A DNA stretch of 32,000 nt from Nitratidesulfovibrio vulgaris str. Hildenborough (GCF_000195755.1 NC_002937.3:2130001-2162000), one strand, 5' to 3'; shown: positions 16,192-24,132, counted from the first letter of the stretch. Notes: a model not told the origin generated them from the sequence alone. Numbers and translations: made by a program.

Positions 16192-17616
16192 CTATCCGTG
16201 GCTCTTTTTCCGGGCACGGGAACGGGATGGCTGTCGCCTCTCGGAGTCTTCCCGGGAAGAAGCAGACGACGTAGGGCCTGACAGGGGCTCAGATGCGAGA
16301 ATCGGCACAGACTCAGGCTTAGGCGCCGCATATTGCGACACACCGAGTGAAGCACGAGGGTGCGCCTTGTCGTAGACTTCGATGAGGTGCGCCAGCGTCA
16401 GGTGGGTATAGCGTTGTGTGGTCGCCAGCCGGGCGTGCCCGAGCAACTCCTGCACACTTCTGAGGTCGGCCCCCGCTTCAAGCAGATGGGTCGCGAACGA
16501 ATGGCGCAGACCATGCGGCGAGACGCTCTGGGGAAGTCCTGCCCTGCGGCACAGCGCGTCGATGATGCGCGTAGCCTGACGTCTGTCGAGTCGGTCACCA
16601 CGAGCCCCCACGAAGAGCGCCCGTTCCCCTTCGGACGCCAGATGATGCCGGAAATGCAGCCATTCACGCAACGCGTCCACGCTGGTGTCGCTCAGCGGCG
16701 ACATACGCTCTTTCGAACCCTTGCCCAGCACCCGCACAACTCCGGCGGAAGGGTCGGCGTCAAGGACATCCAGCCCCAGCGCCTCCGAGATACGCAGCCC
16801 GGACCCGTACAGCAACTCGGCCAGCGCGAGGTCTCGACGCCGGATGGCCTCCGCATGGAGGGTGTCGCCGGACATGGACTCCACGGCAGTGGAAAGGGGC
16901 TTGCGAGACGTGCTCCCGGCAGGAAGGGTGGGGACTGCGGCTGCGCCCGCATCGGCCCCGGCACCAGATACGGTACCTCGCGGGGCATCATGATGCCCGG
17001 ACACAAGACTCCCGCTGCCATGCCCGCAGACCGCGTCATCGACGGTATTGCCCATACTCTTACGGGTGGCCACGCCCGCGTCACAATCGCCGTCCGGGGC
17101 ACCTGTCGCGGGGCCATGCCCCGTATCAAGCAGGGCGAACACCTGATCGACATTCAGCGTACGTGGCTGCCGCTTCTCTTGCCGGGGATTATGGACAGCG
17201 GCCACCGGGTCGGCAGTCACACGGCGCAGACGCAGCATATAACGAAAGAAGGCACGCAATGCTGAAAGCTTGCGAGCAACGGAGCTCCGCGCGGTACGAA
17301 GCCGATGCAGTTCGGCGAGGTACCGTTGCACATGGCGCCGGGTGACGTCCTCTGGCGCGTCAAGCCCGAAGCCCTCTGCCGTGAGCACCCCGTGAAACTG
17401 CATGAGGTCGGTTCCGTAGGCCGTCACCGTCGCCGGGGAATAGCCCTTTTCAAGCTCGACATGGGCGAGAAACAGTTCAAGGGTCTCGGGTACGGCAGCA
17501 TCGCCGCCGGTTGCCGAGTCACCGTCAGACTGCGAAAACGACGCACCGCCTCGTCCGCGTGCCGCGCTGCGGGGCCCACGGGCTGTTGCGCGTCCCCTGT
17601 CCGTCAGTTTAGCCAT
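16192..17616 (-). CDS. XerC/XerD-family tyrosine site-specific recombinase (with large internal insertion and C-terminal extension)
   Basis: N-terminal core-binding domain LELFLAHVELEKGYSPATVTAYGTDLMQF. Catalytic residues in LYGSGLRISE, HGLRHSFATHLL and LGHARLATTQRYTHL. Start is uncertain: ATG 17616 overlaps the upstream gene's stop by 8 nt. In-frame alternatives exist at 17655, 17664 and 17781. Confidence 0.8.
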   Translation of the reverse strand: MAKLTDRGRATARGPRSAARGRGGASFSQSDGDSATGGDAAVPETLELFLAHVELEKGYSPATVTAYGTDLMQFHGVLTAEGFGLDAPEDVTRRHVQRYLAELHRLRTARSSVARKLSALRAFFRYMLRLRRVTADPVAAVHNPRQEKRQPRTLNVDQVFALLDTGHGPATGAPDGDCDAGVATRKSMGNTVDDAVCGHGSGSLVSGHHDAPRGTVSGAGADAGAAAVPTLPAGSTSRKPLSTAVESMSGDTLHAEAIRRRDLALAELLYGSGLRISEALGLDVLDADPSAGVVRVLGKGSKERMSPLSDTSVDALREWLHFRHHLASEGERALFVGARGDRLDRRQATRIIDALCRRAGLPQSVSPHGLRHSFATHLLEAGADLRSVQELLGHARLATTQRYTHLTLAHLIEVYDKAHPRASLGVSQYAAPKPESVPILASEPLSGPTSSASSREDSERRQPSRSRARKKSHG

Positions 17617-18730
17617 GCGCACCGCCGTGGCGATTGCCGCCTCCGTCGACCCCATCGACCTCATCGCCCATCCCGTCACTGTCGTCGTACATGTCGCGTT
17701 GTGCGGGTATGGTCGGCGGCACACCTTTCGCCGTGCCGTCAGCGGATGGGGCGTCGCCATAGCAACGCCTGTCGAGAGCATAGCTGCTGCCGGGCATGGC
17801 TTTGGCCTTCTTCTTCATCTGACCGGCACGATGCGAGGCTTCGCCCGCATGCTGCAGGCAGCCTTCATGATTGAACACCACGGCGATGGAGATGGCCATG
17901 AGAGGGAAGGTGCGCACGTCGCCCTGCCTATCCGTGGAGACGATACAACCTCGTGCGCGGTCGTCATTATCGTAGAAGCTGGGGACGATGGCGTCGAAGC
18001 GTGACACGATGGTGCGGCAGGCGGACTCCATCAACGCCGCGGGCAGCATGAAGACGAAGTCGTCACCGCCCACATGCCCCACAAACGAAGAACTGCCCGA
18101 TGCCACGGCACGGACGGTGTTGACGATGATACGCGCCGTCATCATCAGCGCCTCGTCGCCGCGCGAAAAGCCGTACTTGTCGTTGAACGCCTTGAAGTTG
18201 TCCAAATCGGCGTAGCCGAGGCCGAAGTCTTCGCCCCTGTCGATGCGCGTCTGGATGTCGAGCAGGATGGACGTGTTGCCCGGAAGATGCGTGAGCGGAT
18301 TGGCGTCGAGCGTTCGCGTGGCGCGCAACATGGCCAATTCCAGCCGGGCCCGCAGTTCCACCACGGTGGCAGGCAGCAGCACGAAGTCGTCGGCCTCGGT
18401 GGTCGCCCAGTCCATGCCGCCATGCAATGTCGCCTCATCCATGCACAGCACCGCGCATATCTGACGGTACACGTTCTCGCTCTTGAGAATGCGCAGCACG
18501 GCATCCCCCGGCAGGTCGGCAAGACGCATGTCCACGACCAGCAGGTCGGGAGGGGTGACGAACATGATGTCCAGCGCGGCACGCCCCGAACGCAGCACCT
18601 GCCAATGCATGACATCCTCGGGCCACAGGGAGGTCACGGTCTCGACGAAGGCTTCATCCGACGAAAGGAGCATCCCTTCGCGGGGCGGGCGGGACTGGTG
18701 CGGCACACCTGAAGCGTTCATGGCGTCCAT
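17609..18730 (-). CDS. response-regulator receiver plus GGDEF-family domain protein (non-canonical GGDDF signature)
   Basis: REC-like PDLLVVDMRLADLPGDAVLRIL. GGDEF-family NPLTHLPGN...GYADLDNFKAFNDKYGFSRGDEAL...GHVGGDDFVFML...ISIAVV. The ATG overlaps the HDOD stop (TGATG at 18728-18732). Confidence 0.85.
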   Translation of the reverse strand: MDAMNASGVPHQSRPPREGMLLSSDEAFVETVTSLWPEDVMHWQVLRSGRAALDIMFVTPPDLLVVDMRLADLPGDAVLRILKSENVYRQICAVLCMDEATLHGGMDWATTEADDFVLLPATVVELRARLELAMLRATRTLDANPLTHLPGNTSILLDIQTRIDRGEDFGLGYADLDNFKAFNDKYGFSRGDEALMMTARIIVNTVRAVASGSSSFVGHVGGDDFVFMLPAALMESACRTIVSRFDAIVPSFYDNDDRARGCIVSTDRQGDVRTFPLMAISIAVVFNHEGCLQHAGEASHRAGQMKKKAKAMPGSSYALDRRCYGDAPSADGTAKGVPPTIPAQRDMYDDSDGMGDEVDGVDGGGNRHGGAHG

Positions 18731-19572
18731 CAGGCGAAACCGAGGCCGGAGACCTCGACGAACTTGCCATCGAGACCGTCGAGGACCGTCTCAAGGACCT
18801 TCTGCCCCATTCCAAGATGCTTGAGCGCATGGGGGTCGAGAAGTGGCACGTTGTCGTCGCCACCGGAACCGAATTCATACAGTCGCACGAGAAAATCACC
18901 GATATGGACGACACACGCCATGGTGCGGAAGTTGGGTGCGCCCATGGGCCTGTGGTGCCACGCCATGCCCTCGCGCAAGGCGGCAGGCAGGTTCCAGCGT
19001 TCGCCAACCCATGCGTTGATACGGTCATGGGCGAACCCGAGTACCCGTTTCTCAGCCTCGCGGTAGGTGATGTCCTCTGCCGAGACGAGCGCGTCGAGTT
19101 CCTTGCGGGCGTCCGGCAACTGTACCGCTGTCACGACCTTGCCAAGGTCGTGCAGAAGGCCCGCAACGGCATATTCTTCGGGGTCCTTGAGTGCGAGGGT
19201 GCGCGCCAGTTCACCGCAGGCGAGCGAACAGCCCACGCTGTGGTCCCACAGCCCTGTCATGGCGCGGCTCATGTCGTCGAAGACCGCCGTGGAGACGATG
19301 AGCCCGCGCACCACGTTGTAGCCGAGCAGTACCAGCGCATGCTGCACCGAACCGATGCGCCCCGGAAAACCGTAGATGGGCGAGTTCACCATCTTCAGCA
19401 CCTTGGCGGAGAGCACCTGATCATAGGCGATGACCTTGGCAATCTGTTCCGTGGACGAACCGGGGTCCTCCACAAGGCGCGTCACCTCATCAAGTACGGC
19501 AGGAAGCGTAGGAAGACTCTGGGCAGCGAGGATGCGCCCCCGGTATTCCGTCCGCAACGAATCATCGACCAT
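18730..19572 (-). CDS. HDOD domain protein
   Basis: LPTLPAVLDEVTRLVEDPGSSTEQIAKVIAYDQVLSAKVLKMVNSPIYGF...ALVLLGYNVV...AGLLHDLGK is typical HDOD. GGGAGG lies 6 nt upstream of the ATG. Confidence 0.9.
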   Translation of the reverse strand: MVDDSLRTEYRGRILAAQSLPTLPAVLDEVTRLVEDPGSSTEQIAKVIAYDQVLSAKVLKMVNSPIYGFPGRIGSVQHALVLLGYNVVRGLIVSTAVFDDMSRAMTGLWDHSVGCSLACGELARTLALKDPEEYAVAGLLHDLGKVVTAVQLPDARKELDALVSAEDITYREAEKRVLGFAHDRINAWVGERWNLPAALREGMAWHHRPMGAPNFRTMACVVHIGDFLVRLYEFGSGGDDNVPLLDPHALKHLGMGQKVLETVLDGLDGKFVEVSGLGFA

Positions 19573-19625
19573 GCGATGCCTCCCACCCCCGGGACGAACG
19601 CGTTACAGAACCTGCTTTCATGGCG

Positions 19626-19958
19626 TCACATCCCCTGCCCGGCGGTCTCTCGGGCCTTGGACGAGAAACGGCGCATCAGGAACTGATGCATGGTCGCCAT
19701 GAACCTGTCTTCGCCATGCTTGCGGAAAAGGTGCTCAAGCCGTCCGGCAATGCGCGCGAAATCGACACCGGAGCCATCATCCACGGGCACGGGGTTGCCC
19801 TCCACATATATCTCGGCCACCCCGGCGGTGGCAAACCGTTCAAGCATGATGTCGGTGAGTTCTACGCCCTCGCCCACCAAGGGGACACCGTCGGGGCGTT
19901 GTACAGGGCGGGCCAGACGCATGCCCGGCGCGGCCTGCTCAAGAGTCAGTTTCTGCAT
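19626..19958 (-). CDS. small conserved-looking protein resembling the DUF3391-type N-terminal module of HD-GYP proteins
   Basis: 110 aa starting MQKLTLEQAAPGMRLARPVQRPDGVPLVGEGVELTDIMLERFATAGVAEIYVEG. Strong third-position GC bias. GGAGG lies 4 nt upstream of the ATG at 19958. The longer track ORF (to 20075) would overlap the dprA 3' end. Confidence 0.6.
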   Translation of the reverse strand: MQKLTLEQAAPGMRLARPVQRPDGVPLVGEGVELTDIMLERFATAGVAEIYVEGNPVPVDDGSGVDFARIAGRLEHLFRKHGEDRFMATMHQFLMRRFSSKARETAGQGM

Positions 19959-19977
19959 GGTGCCTCCGTCATGGGGA

Positions 19978-21969
19978 CTACATACTCGCGTAGCGCATCC
20001 CCGGCAACCGCCGCACAACACCCTGCACTTCCAGCAGAAGCAGAGTTCCGCTGACGTCGCCCGGCGCCATGGCAAGAGCGCGGCACAGGTCGTCTACATG
20101 GGCCTCTCCCATGTCACGCAGAAGAGCAAGCAAACGACTTTCCGGGTCGCCATGCTCCTTGGGCATGTCAGGGTTTACGGCGTGCACTCCGCGCGCAGTG
20201 GCACGAAGGGAGGCGCTGGACACCGCGGTCGCCCCCTCCTCGCCGGATATGACGGGGGCCGACGCGACAGGGGGGCAAGCATCAGACGGTGCGGTCTGCC
20301 CCAAGGGCGCGAAAGGGAATCGCGACGGGCTTGCCGTTGCGCAAGATTGACCGCCGCAAGCAGCTTCAGCAACGGGCGGGCCGTTCCTTTGCGTGGCGAT
20401 GCACGCCGGGGGTATTCCCTGCCCCCCACGCCCGTCACGCACGGGAGGTACGTGACGTCTATCGTGCAAGGACGGTCGATGCGTCTCTTCGGGACTCTCG
20501 AGTTTGGCGCGCTCGTCTTCGGCATACGTGTCTTGTCTGCGCTTGTCGTCGCGCCACGTGTCGTCTCCGGGCACATCATGACGGGCGAGGTGCTGGCGCA
20601 GCCTGTCCATCAGGCGCCCCACCCCGGCGTCCTGTTTCGCACGTCCGATGCCACCGGGCGGCCCATCCACGGGCACGGCAGCGCCATTTCCTGCGGCATC
20701 TCCGTCCAGAGTGTGGCCGCCCCACATGGCTGCGTCCTGCGCTTCCGTATCCGGCATGTCTGCGCCCGACGCTCCTATGCTCACAGTATGCGAGTCCGAC
20801 GCATGTGGGCCCGACGCATCTGGGCCCGGCCCACCCCTGTGCCCCGGTGCGCCCCCCTCCTCTCCGGCACCAGACGGCACGACCTTCGCCCTCACGGGGG
20901 CACGTCCACCGGACAACGGAACGTCCGTGGAAATGCTGTCATCGCCCCGAGGGGCAGCGGGCGGCACACCCCCCGCAGCCTCCGCCCGGGCACGCAGTGC
21001 TCCAAGCAATTGTGGTGCGAGGTCGACGAGGATGTCTTCCGCCGAACCCACGGCATGCGCCCCTTCTTCGAGCAGGTCATGACACCCTCGCGACGTCTGG
21101 GCCGAAACGGGGCCGGGCATGGCGTACACCTCACGGCCCTGTTCCAGTGCGAGACGGGCCGTGATGAGGCTGCCACTGCGTGTCGCGGCCTCGACCACCA
21201 GCACGCCCAGTGAGAGACCGCTGATGACACGGTTGCGGATGGGGAAGTGGCGTGGTTCGGGGCGCGCGCCAGGGGCGAACTCGGTCACGAGCAGCCCTTC
21301 AGATGCCATGCGTTCGAAGAGGTCTTCGTTATCATAGGGATAACGGATGTCTATCCCCGTACCGAGCACACCGACAGTACCACCGACGCCCTGCAACCCG
21401 GCAAGATGCGCTTCACGGTCGATACCGCGCGCCATGCCGGAGACGATGGTCACACCTGCACAGGCAAGGTCGCGGGCGAGTTGCGCCGCCATGCGCATCC
21501 CCTGCCGGGAACACAACCGCGACCCGACCACCCCCAGCGCCGGATTGTCCAGCAATGCCACATCCCCCGTGCAGTAGAGCAAAGCGGGAGCATCGGGGAG
21601 AGAGCGCAACCTCTCGGGATAACGTGGGTCGTTCCATAGCAGGATGCCACAGTCGCAGGCGTGCAATGCGTCCCACTCGGCCTTGGCAGTCGCCCGCCAG
21701 CGCCCGGAGGCGAGGGCAAGTGCAGCCTGCTGCCGCACGCCGCTACCGGCAAGATGCGGGGCACGCTGCACGGCCGCGAATGCCGACCCGAAATGCCGGA
21801 TGAGCCGGATGTGTGAACGCGCACCTAGACCTTCAGTGTGCCGCAATGCGAGAACGGCCCACAATTCTGCTCTTGCGGCCTCGTCGAGTTCATCGAAACG
21901 GGGGGGACGCTTCTGACATCTGCCGTCAGCTACCGGGTCGGCACAACCGGGGTCGGCACCTCGTGTCAT
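19978..21969 (-). CDS. dprA: DNA processing protein DprA (Rossmann-like DprA domain plus C-terminal winged helix, separated by a roughly 280-aa low-complexity insert)
   Basis: GVVGSRLCSRQGMRMAAQLARDLACAGVTIVSGMARGIDREAH...FPIRNRVISGLSLGVLVVEA...SGSLITA is the DprA core. C-terminal LLALLRDMGEAHVDDLCRALAMAPGDVSGTLLLLEVQGVVRRLPG is the DprA winged-helix domain, in the same frame. Confidence 0.9.
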   Translation of the reverse strand: MTRGADPGCADPVADGRCQKRPPRFDELDEAARAELWAVLALRHTEGLGARSHIRLIRHFGSAFAAVQRAPHLAGSGVRQQAALALASGRWRATAKAEWDALHACDCGILLWNDPRYPERLRSLPDAPALLYCTGDVALLDNPALGVVGSRLCSRQGMRMAAQLARDLACAGVTIVSGMARGIDREAHLAGLQGVGGTVGVLGTGIDIRYPYDNEDLFERMASEGLLVTEFAPGARPEPRHFPIRNRVISGLSLGVLVVEAATRSGSLITARLALEQGREVYAMPGPVSAQTSRGCHDLLEEGAHAVGSAEDILVDLAPQLLGALRARAEAAGGVPPAAPRGDDSISTDVPLSGGRAPVRAKVVPSGAGEEGGAPGHRGGPGPDASGPHASDSHTVSIGASGADMPDTEAQDAAMWGGHTLDGDAAGNGAAVPVDGPPGGIGRAKQDAGVGRLMDRLRQHLARHDVPGDDTWRDDKRRQDTYAEDERAKLESPEETHRPSLHDRRHVPPVRDGRGGQGIPPACIATQRNGPPVAEAACGGQSCATASPSRFPFAPLGQTAPSDACPPVASAPVISGEEGATAVSSASLRATARGVHAVNPDMPKEHGDPESRLLALLRDMGEAHVDDLCRALAMAPGDVSGTLLLLEVQGVVRRLPGMRYASM

Positions 21970-21977
21970 CGTCTTTT

Positions 21978-22751
21978 TCAGGGCAGCATACCCCGCTTGC
22001 GTGCCAGCACCGCAGCAGGCGTAGCCGGATACTGTTCCTGCAAGGCCTTGAACTGAAGCCGGGCGTTCTCCTCGTCATTGAGACGCTGGTAGGCCATGCC
22101 TGCCTTGAGGAGAGAGTCGGAGGCCTTCTGGTGCTTGGGGTAGGAAGCGACGACGTCCTTGAAATCGATGATGGCATCGGCGTAACGGCGCTGCGCATAG
22201 AGTGCCTCACCACGCCAGTAGTGGGCATTGGGTTGCAACGCATCGGAAGGATAGGCTTCGATGAAGGCGTCGAAACGCTGGCGCGCCTCTTCGGGTCTTC
22301 CCCTCTCAAGCAGCGCGAGGGCTTCCTTGTAGGCGGCGGATGCCCCACCGGCAGCCGTTGCCACCGGTTTGGCGGCAGGCCTGGTGGCGGATACGGCACG
22401 TGCGACGGGCTTGGTCGACGAGGCCTTCGAAGAAGGTCTGGAAGTGGCAGGGTACACCTTGCGTCCGCCCATGGTGCCTGCGGCTTCGCGTTCAGAAACG
22501 ACAGTGGCGCGACCTTCCGCTTCGAGGCGTCCGACACGTTCACGCAGGTCGTCCACAGTGGCGTCGGTGGCTGATGTGCGTTCATCCAGCGAGGTCACTT
22601 GCGCGTCACGAACGGCGACGGAACGTTCCAGCGCCGCGGTACGTTCCTCAAGCCCCCGCAGGCGTACATCCGTGGCACTCTGCCCTGCGCACCCTGCACA
22701 GGCGCAGACGAGCAACAGCCCCAACGCCCCAACATACCTTCCCTGCGTCAT
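21978..22751 (-). CDS. YbgF/CpoB-like TPR protein with signal peptide and coiled-coil
   Basis: MTQGRYVGALGLLLVCACAGCAG is a signal or lipoprotein-like N-terminus. A coiled-coil LRGLEERTAALERSVAVRDAQVTSLDE follows. The C-terminal TPR region YKEALALLERGRPEEARQRFDAFIEAYPSDALQPNAHYWRGEALYAQRRYADAI...YPKHQKASDSLLKAGMAY is like YbgF. GGGAGG lies 6 nt upstream of the ATG at 22751. Confidence 0.75.
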   Translation of the reverse strand: MTQGRYVGALGLLLVCACAGCAGQSATDVRLRGLEERTAALERSVAVRDAQVTSLDERTSATDATVDDLRERVGRLEAEGRATVVSEREAAGTMGGRKVYPATSRPSSKASSTKPVARAVSATRPAAKPVATAAGGASAAYKEALALLERGRPEEARQRFDAFIEAYPSDALQPNAHYWRGEALYAQRRYADAIIDFKDVVASYPKHQKASDSLLKAGMAYQRLNDEENARLQFKALQEQYPATPAAVLARKRGMLP

Positions 22752-22791
22752 GTGTGACCTCCCGACGTACTGGTGTCCTGCGTGCCTATAC

Positions 22792-22820
22792 TCAATAGGT
22801 GACGGTGCGTTTTTTTTCAA
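22792..22820 (-). promoter_or_regulatory. weak sigma-70-like promoter candidate for the ybgF-led gene string, in an AT-rich patch
   Basis: On the minus strand, TTGAAA (22820-22815), a 17-nt spacer, then TATTGA (22797-22792), with the A8 tract running through the -35 hexamer into the spacer. The -10 match is poor, so this is only a candidate. Confidence 0.2.
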
Positions 22821-23101
22821 GCACGCATGGCGGTTATGCAACCAGCTACAGCAGGATACCGGACGTCCCCCATCGGCGGGCACCGCATAGCGCACCACCG
22901 CGCCATGGCAACCTCACCGGGCAGGACATGGCACAGCCAGACGCCAGACAGCGCCCGCCCCTCGCCGACACGAAAGCGGACACTTGCGCAAAACCCGCCA
23001 TAAGAGGCCAGAGACCGCCCCCCTCCACGGGTTGCGCCACAACGGGTTTTGGGGCACAAGACCCCTGCACGACATCGACCAGACCCTCATCCGGAGGCCC
23101 C

Positions 23102-24058
23102 ATGCATTCCCTTCTTCCCGACGCGACAACATGGGCGCTCGCCCTCTCCGGCGGCCTGCTGCTGACGCTGATGGCGGCGGCAACCGGGCTGCCTTTCATG
23201 GCCCTCGCAGGACAGACGCTCGCCACCGCAAGACGCCGTGTCTTCTATGACAAATGCGCCCGCCAGCTTGCCATGCTGGTGGCTGTCCTCTCCCCCCTGT
23301 CCCTGCTCCTGACCGGCATTTCGGTACTGCGGGCCGTGCAGATGGAACCGGACATGCTCGCCGGGCCCTACCGCATGCCCGTCGTGGCCTTGCTGGCACT
23401 GCATGCCGGCACCACACTCTGCGCCGTACTCTACTTCGTCACATGGAAAGGTCTCGCTTCGCGCCTTCCGCTGCTGCACAGGCTCTTCGGCCTTTCCGCT
23501 GGCATCGGCGGTGCCAAGACCCTCTTCGTGGCACTTGCCATCGTCCGTGCGCTCTTCGTCGCGGGGCACCCTCTGCCTGCCACCGGTTCCGCCCTCGAGG
23601 TGATGCTCGCCCTGCTTCTTCCCGCCGGGAACGCCCTGCTGTGGCCAGCCTTCGGCCTCGCTCTCTGTGCCGCAGCCGCGTTCGGCGGCGTATATGGCAC
23701 CCAATGGCTGGTGCTGCGCCGCCAGCAGGACGACTTCGGTCGCGACCACTACAACTTCACGCTCCCATGGTGCGCCGCATGGGGCATGTACGGCACTGTG
23801 GTCATGCTGGCTCCCCTCGGCTATGTGCTGTGGCGCGCCCTCTCGCAGGTCAGCCCCACGTTCGGCGTGCTGCCCCCGCTCGTGCCCTTCGCCTTGTGCA
23901 TCATCGCCCCGCTGCTATGCCTGACATGCTCCATGGCAGTCACCCGCAGCGCCACACCCATGCGACTCAAGCCCGCCATCACCGTCGCCGTACTCGCGGC
24001 CATTGCCGGTACGGCAGGTGTGCTCTCGACATTGCTGTCGCTCTCCCGCATCGGCTGA
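23102..24058 (+). CDS. polytopic integral membrane protein of unknown function (about 8 TM segments)
   Basis: 318 aa, almost entirely hydrophobic helices (for example WALALSGGLLLTLMAAATGLPFMALAG and LPPLVPFALCIIAPLLCLTCSMAV). GGAGG lies 4 nt upstream of the ATG at 23102. The track ORF start at 22799 adds an Arg/Pro-rich non-coding-like extension. Confidence 0.7.
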   Translation: MHSLLPDATTWALALSGGLLLTLMAAATGLPFMALAGQTLATARRRVFYDKCARQLAMLVAVLSPLSLLLTGISVLRAVQMEPDMLAGPYRMPVVALLALHAGTTLCAVLYFVTWKGLASRLPLLHRLFGLSAGIGGAKTLFVALAIVRALFVAGHPLPATGSALEVMLALLLPAGNALLWPAFGLALCAAAAFGGVYGTQWLVLRRQQDDFGRDHYNFTLPWCAAWGMYGTVVMLAPLGYVLWRALSQVSPTFGVLPPLVPFALCIIAPLLCLTCSMAVTRSATPMRLKPAITVAVLAAIAGTAGVLSTLLSLSRIG

Positions 24059-24076
24059 CACCTTCCCCTCGACACG

Positions 24077-24110
24077 AAAAAGGGCCACCTTCGGGTGGCC
24101 CTTCTCTTTT
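24077..24110. terminator. strong bidirectional rho-independent terminator between the membrane-protein gene and cheA
   Basis: AAAAA-GGGCCACC-TTCG-GGTGGCCC-TTCTCTTTT. A perfect GC-rich stem, a 4-nt TTCG loop, and A/T tracts on both sides. Confidence 0.85.
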
Positions 24111-24132
24111 GCGATGCAGCCCTGCAAGGGCG

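Noticed and set aside
16192-17781. Tyrosine recombinase as the integrase of an integrated mobile element
   Set aside because: The N-terminal core-binding and catalytic motifs are XerC/D-like. The gene is embedded in a tight operon-like string. There is no adjacent tRNA, no flanking direct repeats, and no phage or conjugation genes.
17609-18730. GGDDF motif as a Cas10-like Palm domain (type III CRISPR)
   Set aside because: The protein is only 373 aa with an N-terminal receiver and the DxLT/LPGN, DxDxFKxxND and GGDxF spacing of ordinary GGDEF domains. There is no HD domain, no Cas10 architecture and no cas neighbours.
19959-20075. N-terminal 39-aa extension of the small ORF (MPWRRATSAELCFCWKCRVLCGGCRGC...)
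   Set aside because: It would overlap the dprA 3' end by about 100 nt. The internal ATG at 19958 has a strong GGAGG SD and begins the conserved-looking sequence. The Cys-rich stretch is probably fortuitous.
19690-21213. 507-aa plus-strand ORF (and 20289-21164) antisense to dprA
   Set aside because: Arg/Pro/Ser-rich with no domains. The opposite strand carries the DprA core and winged helix in one frame.
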